Below, in pieces: positions 62,308 through 64,000 of a stretch of 64,000 nucleotides of DNA (positions are counted from its first letter, which is position 1; every line of letters starts with the position of its first letter). Where the stretch lies: NCBI GenBank assembly GCA_963924565.1, contig OZ004614.1:5766001-5830000 (forward strand), read 5' to 3'. The DNA is from Ascidiella aspersa (taxonomy: Eukaryota). The notes below the pieces were generated by a model. It was not told the origin of the DNA. It saw only the letters and a list, made by a program, of their open reading frames with translations, and searched no databases. The position numbers and the translations under genes were made by a program.

Positions 62308-62816
62308 CAGTGGTTCTCAAACTGGGTCCGCGAGACAATTTTCTGGGACCGCGAAGCACCTAACAAAAAATCAACACGGCGCTCCTAAAGAAGATAATTT
62401 TTTGTGCAATAAAATTTTCAGGCAACTTACTTTTCCAAACCAAGCTCATTAGTTGTTCATACACTTTATTGCACGCTTTGAGTTGAATTGTCCATTATGA
62501 CGTCATAGTCATGCGTCGTGTTAGTCAGAATTACGTTTTTACAGCTTGCTGCGCTGACATTGTAGGCGGTACAGTGTACGGTCACGGTTTAAAACTGATC
62601 GTGATAGCTTCACTTAAATGAAATGATTCATTAGAGGTTAACATTGCCGAGCTGATAGTAAAGAAGCAAGTGCACCCGTCTCATTGATACCATTAAGATC
62701 AACGTGTTATTTTGTGTTTACAGTATTTGTGTATAATTTTAAGGGACCGTAAGCAATTAAAAAACATTCTGGGGGACCGTTGCGTAATTTTTTACAAAAA
62801 GTTTGAGAAACCACTG
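62308..62816. mobile_element. hAT MITE
   Basis: TIR CAGTGGTTCTCAAAC/GTTTGAGAAACCACTG, perfect TSD GCCTAGCA. Confidence 0.9.
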
Positions 62817-63663
62817 GCCTAGCAGGACAATACCGCAAATAAACTTCAGTTGTCTTTTCTGAGTTAAGATGATTTGTTTGAGTCTTTAGTTATAGCAGTA
62901 TGTTATAGGTATAGCAGTTTGGGTGTTTCGTGTTATGGTTTGTTAGCGAGTAACATTTCTCCGTGCAGCCATTTTGTTGCGGCACAAGTAAACAATTAGC
63001 AGCAATATAAAAAGAAGAGCATGTGATTACCATTGCTGGAGTCGCATACGCTGTGAAATGGTGATGTCATTTAGGCGTATAATGTTACATAGGAAATCGT
63101 CCTGGCATCCTTATACGAATGTACAAGAAAAAAAACGCCCTGACGCTTGTTTTGCATTGCCGCAATGAGATGATATTATAGGCTCTATGTTTATTTTATT
63201 AAATTCAGTCCAAAATGACACCCTGTGTTGGTGTAAAATTTGAAGTTTGACATGTCGTGGGCGTTGGGATTTTTGGTTTTGATTTTTTGGTTGCGAGAAC
63301 TGTTCAAGGAGGGTGCTGGGATGCTGAATCAGACAAAGAAAATGTATTAGTCCAACTGTAGTTTATTCCTTTGCGCAGTTCAAAGTAAATCAACTTACAT
63401 TTTGGTATTGTATTACTGCGCTATCAGTCACTTAATTGTATAAAATTAAATTACAATGGTTTTGGTATTTAAGCGGTTCTAGTAGGGGATGCAAGAATGG
63501 TTTGGTTATTTTAAAGGATTTCGAAAATTGTTGTGTGATTTATGCTGCAGCAAAGGAAAAGGGTTAGTAACCAGTAAGCACTGATACAGACTATATTTGT
63601 TACCTTGTTTAGGTTCTCATAATTTTTAACATAAACTTTATAACATTAATTAGTTATACTATC

Positions 63664-63909
63664 CTAAAAGTCGGCTGCCTTGATAGCTAGATGTCGCCCA
63701 GTGTTGCTTACCCGGGGCCGTCCGCCCCTGCTCCATCCAGTCTTTATTTCAGTGAGGGTTCGCCTGCTGGTTTGAGCTGGAAGTTTGGGATGCAGTTGTA
63801 CAACGACCTGGTTCAAAGTGGAGGTGGGTTGCTTGCTTGTCATAAATCCGTCGCTCGATTCAACTAAAAAAGTTAAAAAAAAAAGAAAAAAAAAAGTTTT
63901 AATTGCCAT
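63664..63909 (-). CDS. Putative small secreted protein or peptide precursor; may splice at 63712 to a second exon 63111..63299
   Basis: True ATG, signal-peptide-like MAIKTFFFLFFLTFLVESSDG, basic mature region, GC-richer than flanks, strong CGG|GTAAGC donor. No family recognised. Confidence 0.4.
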   Translation of the reverse strand: MAIKTFFFLFFLTFLVESSDGFMTSKQPTSTLNQVVVQLHPKLPAQTSRRTLTEIKTGWSRGGRPRVSNTGRHLAIKAADF

Positions 63910-64000
63910 CGTAATAAAGGATCTTACATATTATGACATCACCAGTTAAGTCATAACGGACGTCATAACTCAAGTAATCTTAAGAGAGTTTGTGTTCTTA

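Noticed and set aside
57930-63100. Additional protein-coding gene between SRD5A and the right-edge ORF
   Set aside because: Scattered AG/GT pairs but no phase-consistent exon chain or recognisable protein; mostly MITEs and AT-rich DNA.

Overview
Eukaryotic, intron-rich animal DNA, most likely from an ascidian tunicate (inferred from the Ciona-like N- and C-termini of the Su(H) protein). About 49 kb is one + strand Suppressor of Hairless/RBPJ (CSL) gene. I reconstructed it by hand as 11 coding exons (2037..51185, 558 aa, all GT-AG, all phases consistent) with a 21.4-kb first intron. It converges tail-to-tail with a 5-exon steroid 5-alpha-reductase (SRD5A1/2-like, 255 aa, - strand, 57437..53137). 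A possible small secreted-protein gene lies at the right edge. Introns are full of hAT MITEs with 8-bp TSDs, a Harbinger MITE, a tRNA-derived SINE-like family, an L1/Tx1 remnant and local duplications. Two things stand out. (1) Four short Penelope-like inserts carry short-stem-III hammerhead ribozyme motifs; three share a tail motif, two are fold-backs with 12-14 bp TSDs, and every copy on the Su(H) sense strand is masked or mutated. (2) A dense cluster of Su(H)-binding sites lies in Su(H)'s own first intron, suggesting autoregulation. Nearly all ORF-track entries are spurious or exon fragments. All coordinates were counted by eye and repeat boundaries are approximate.
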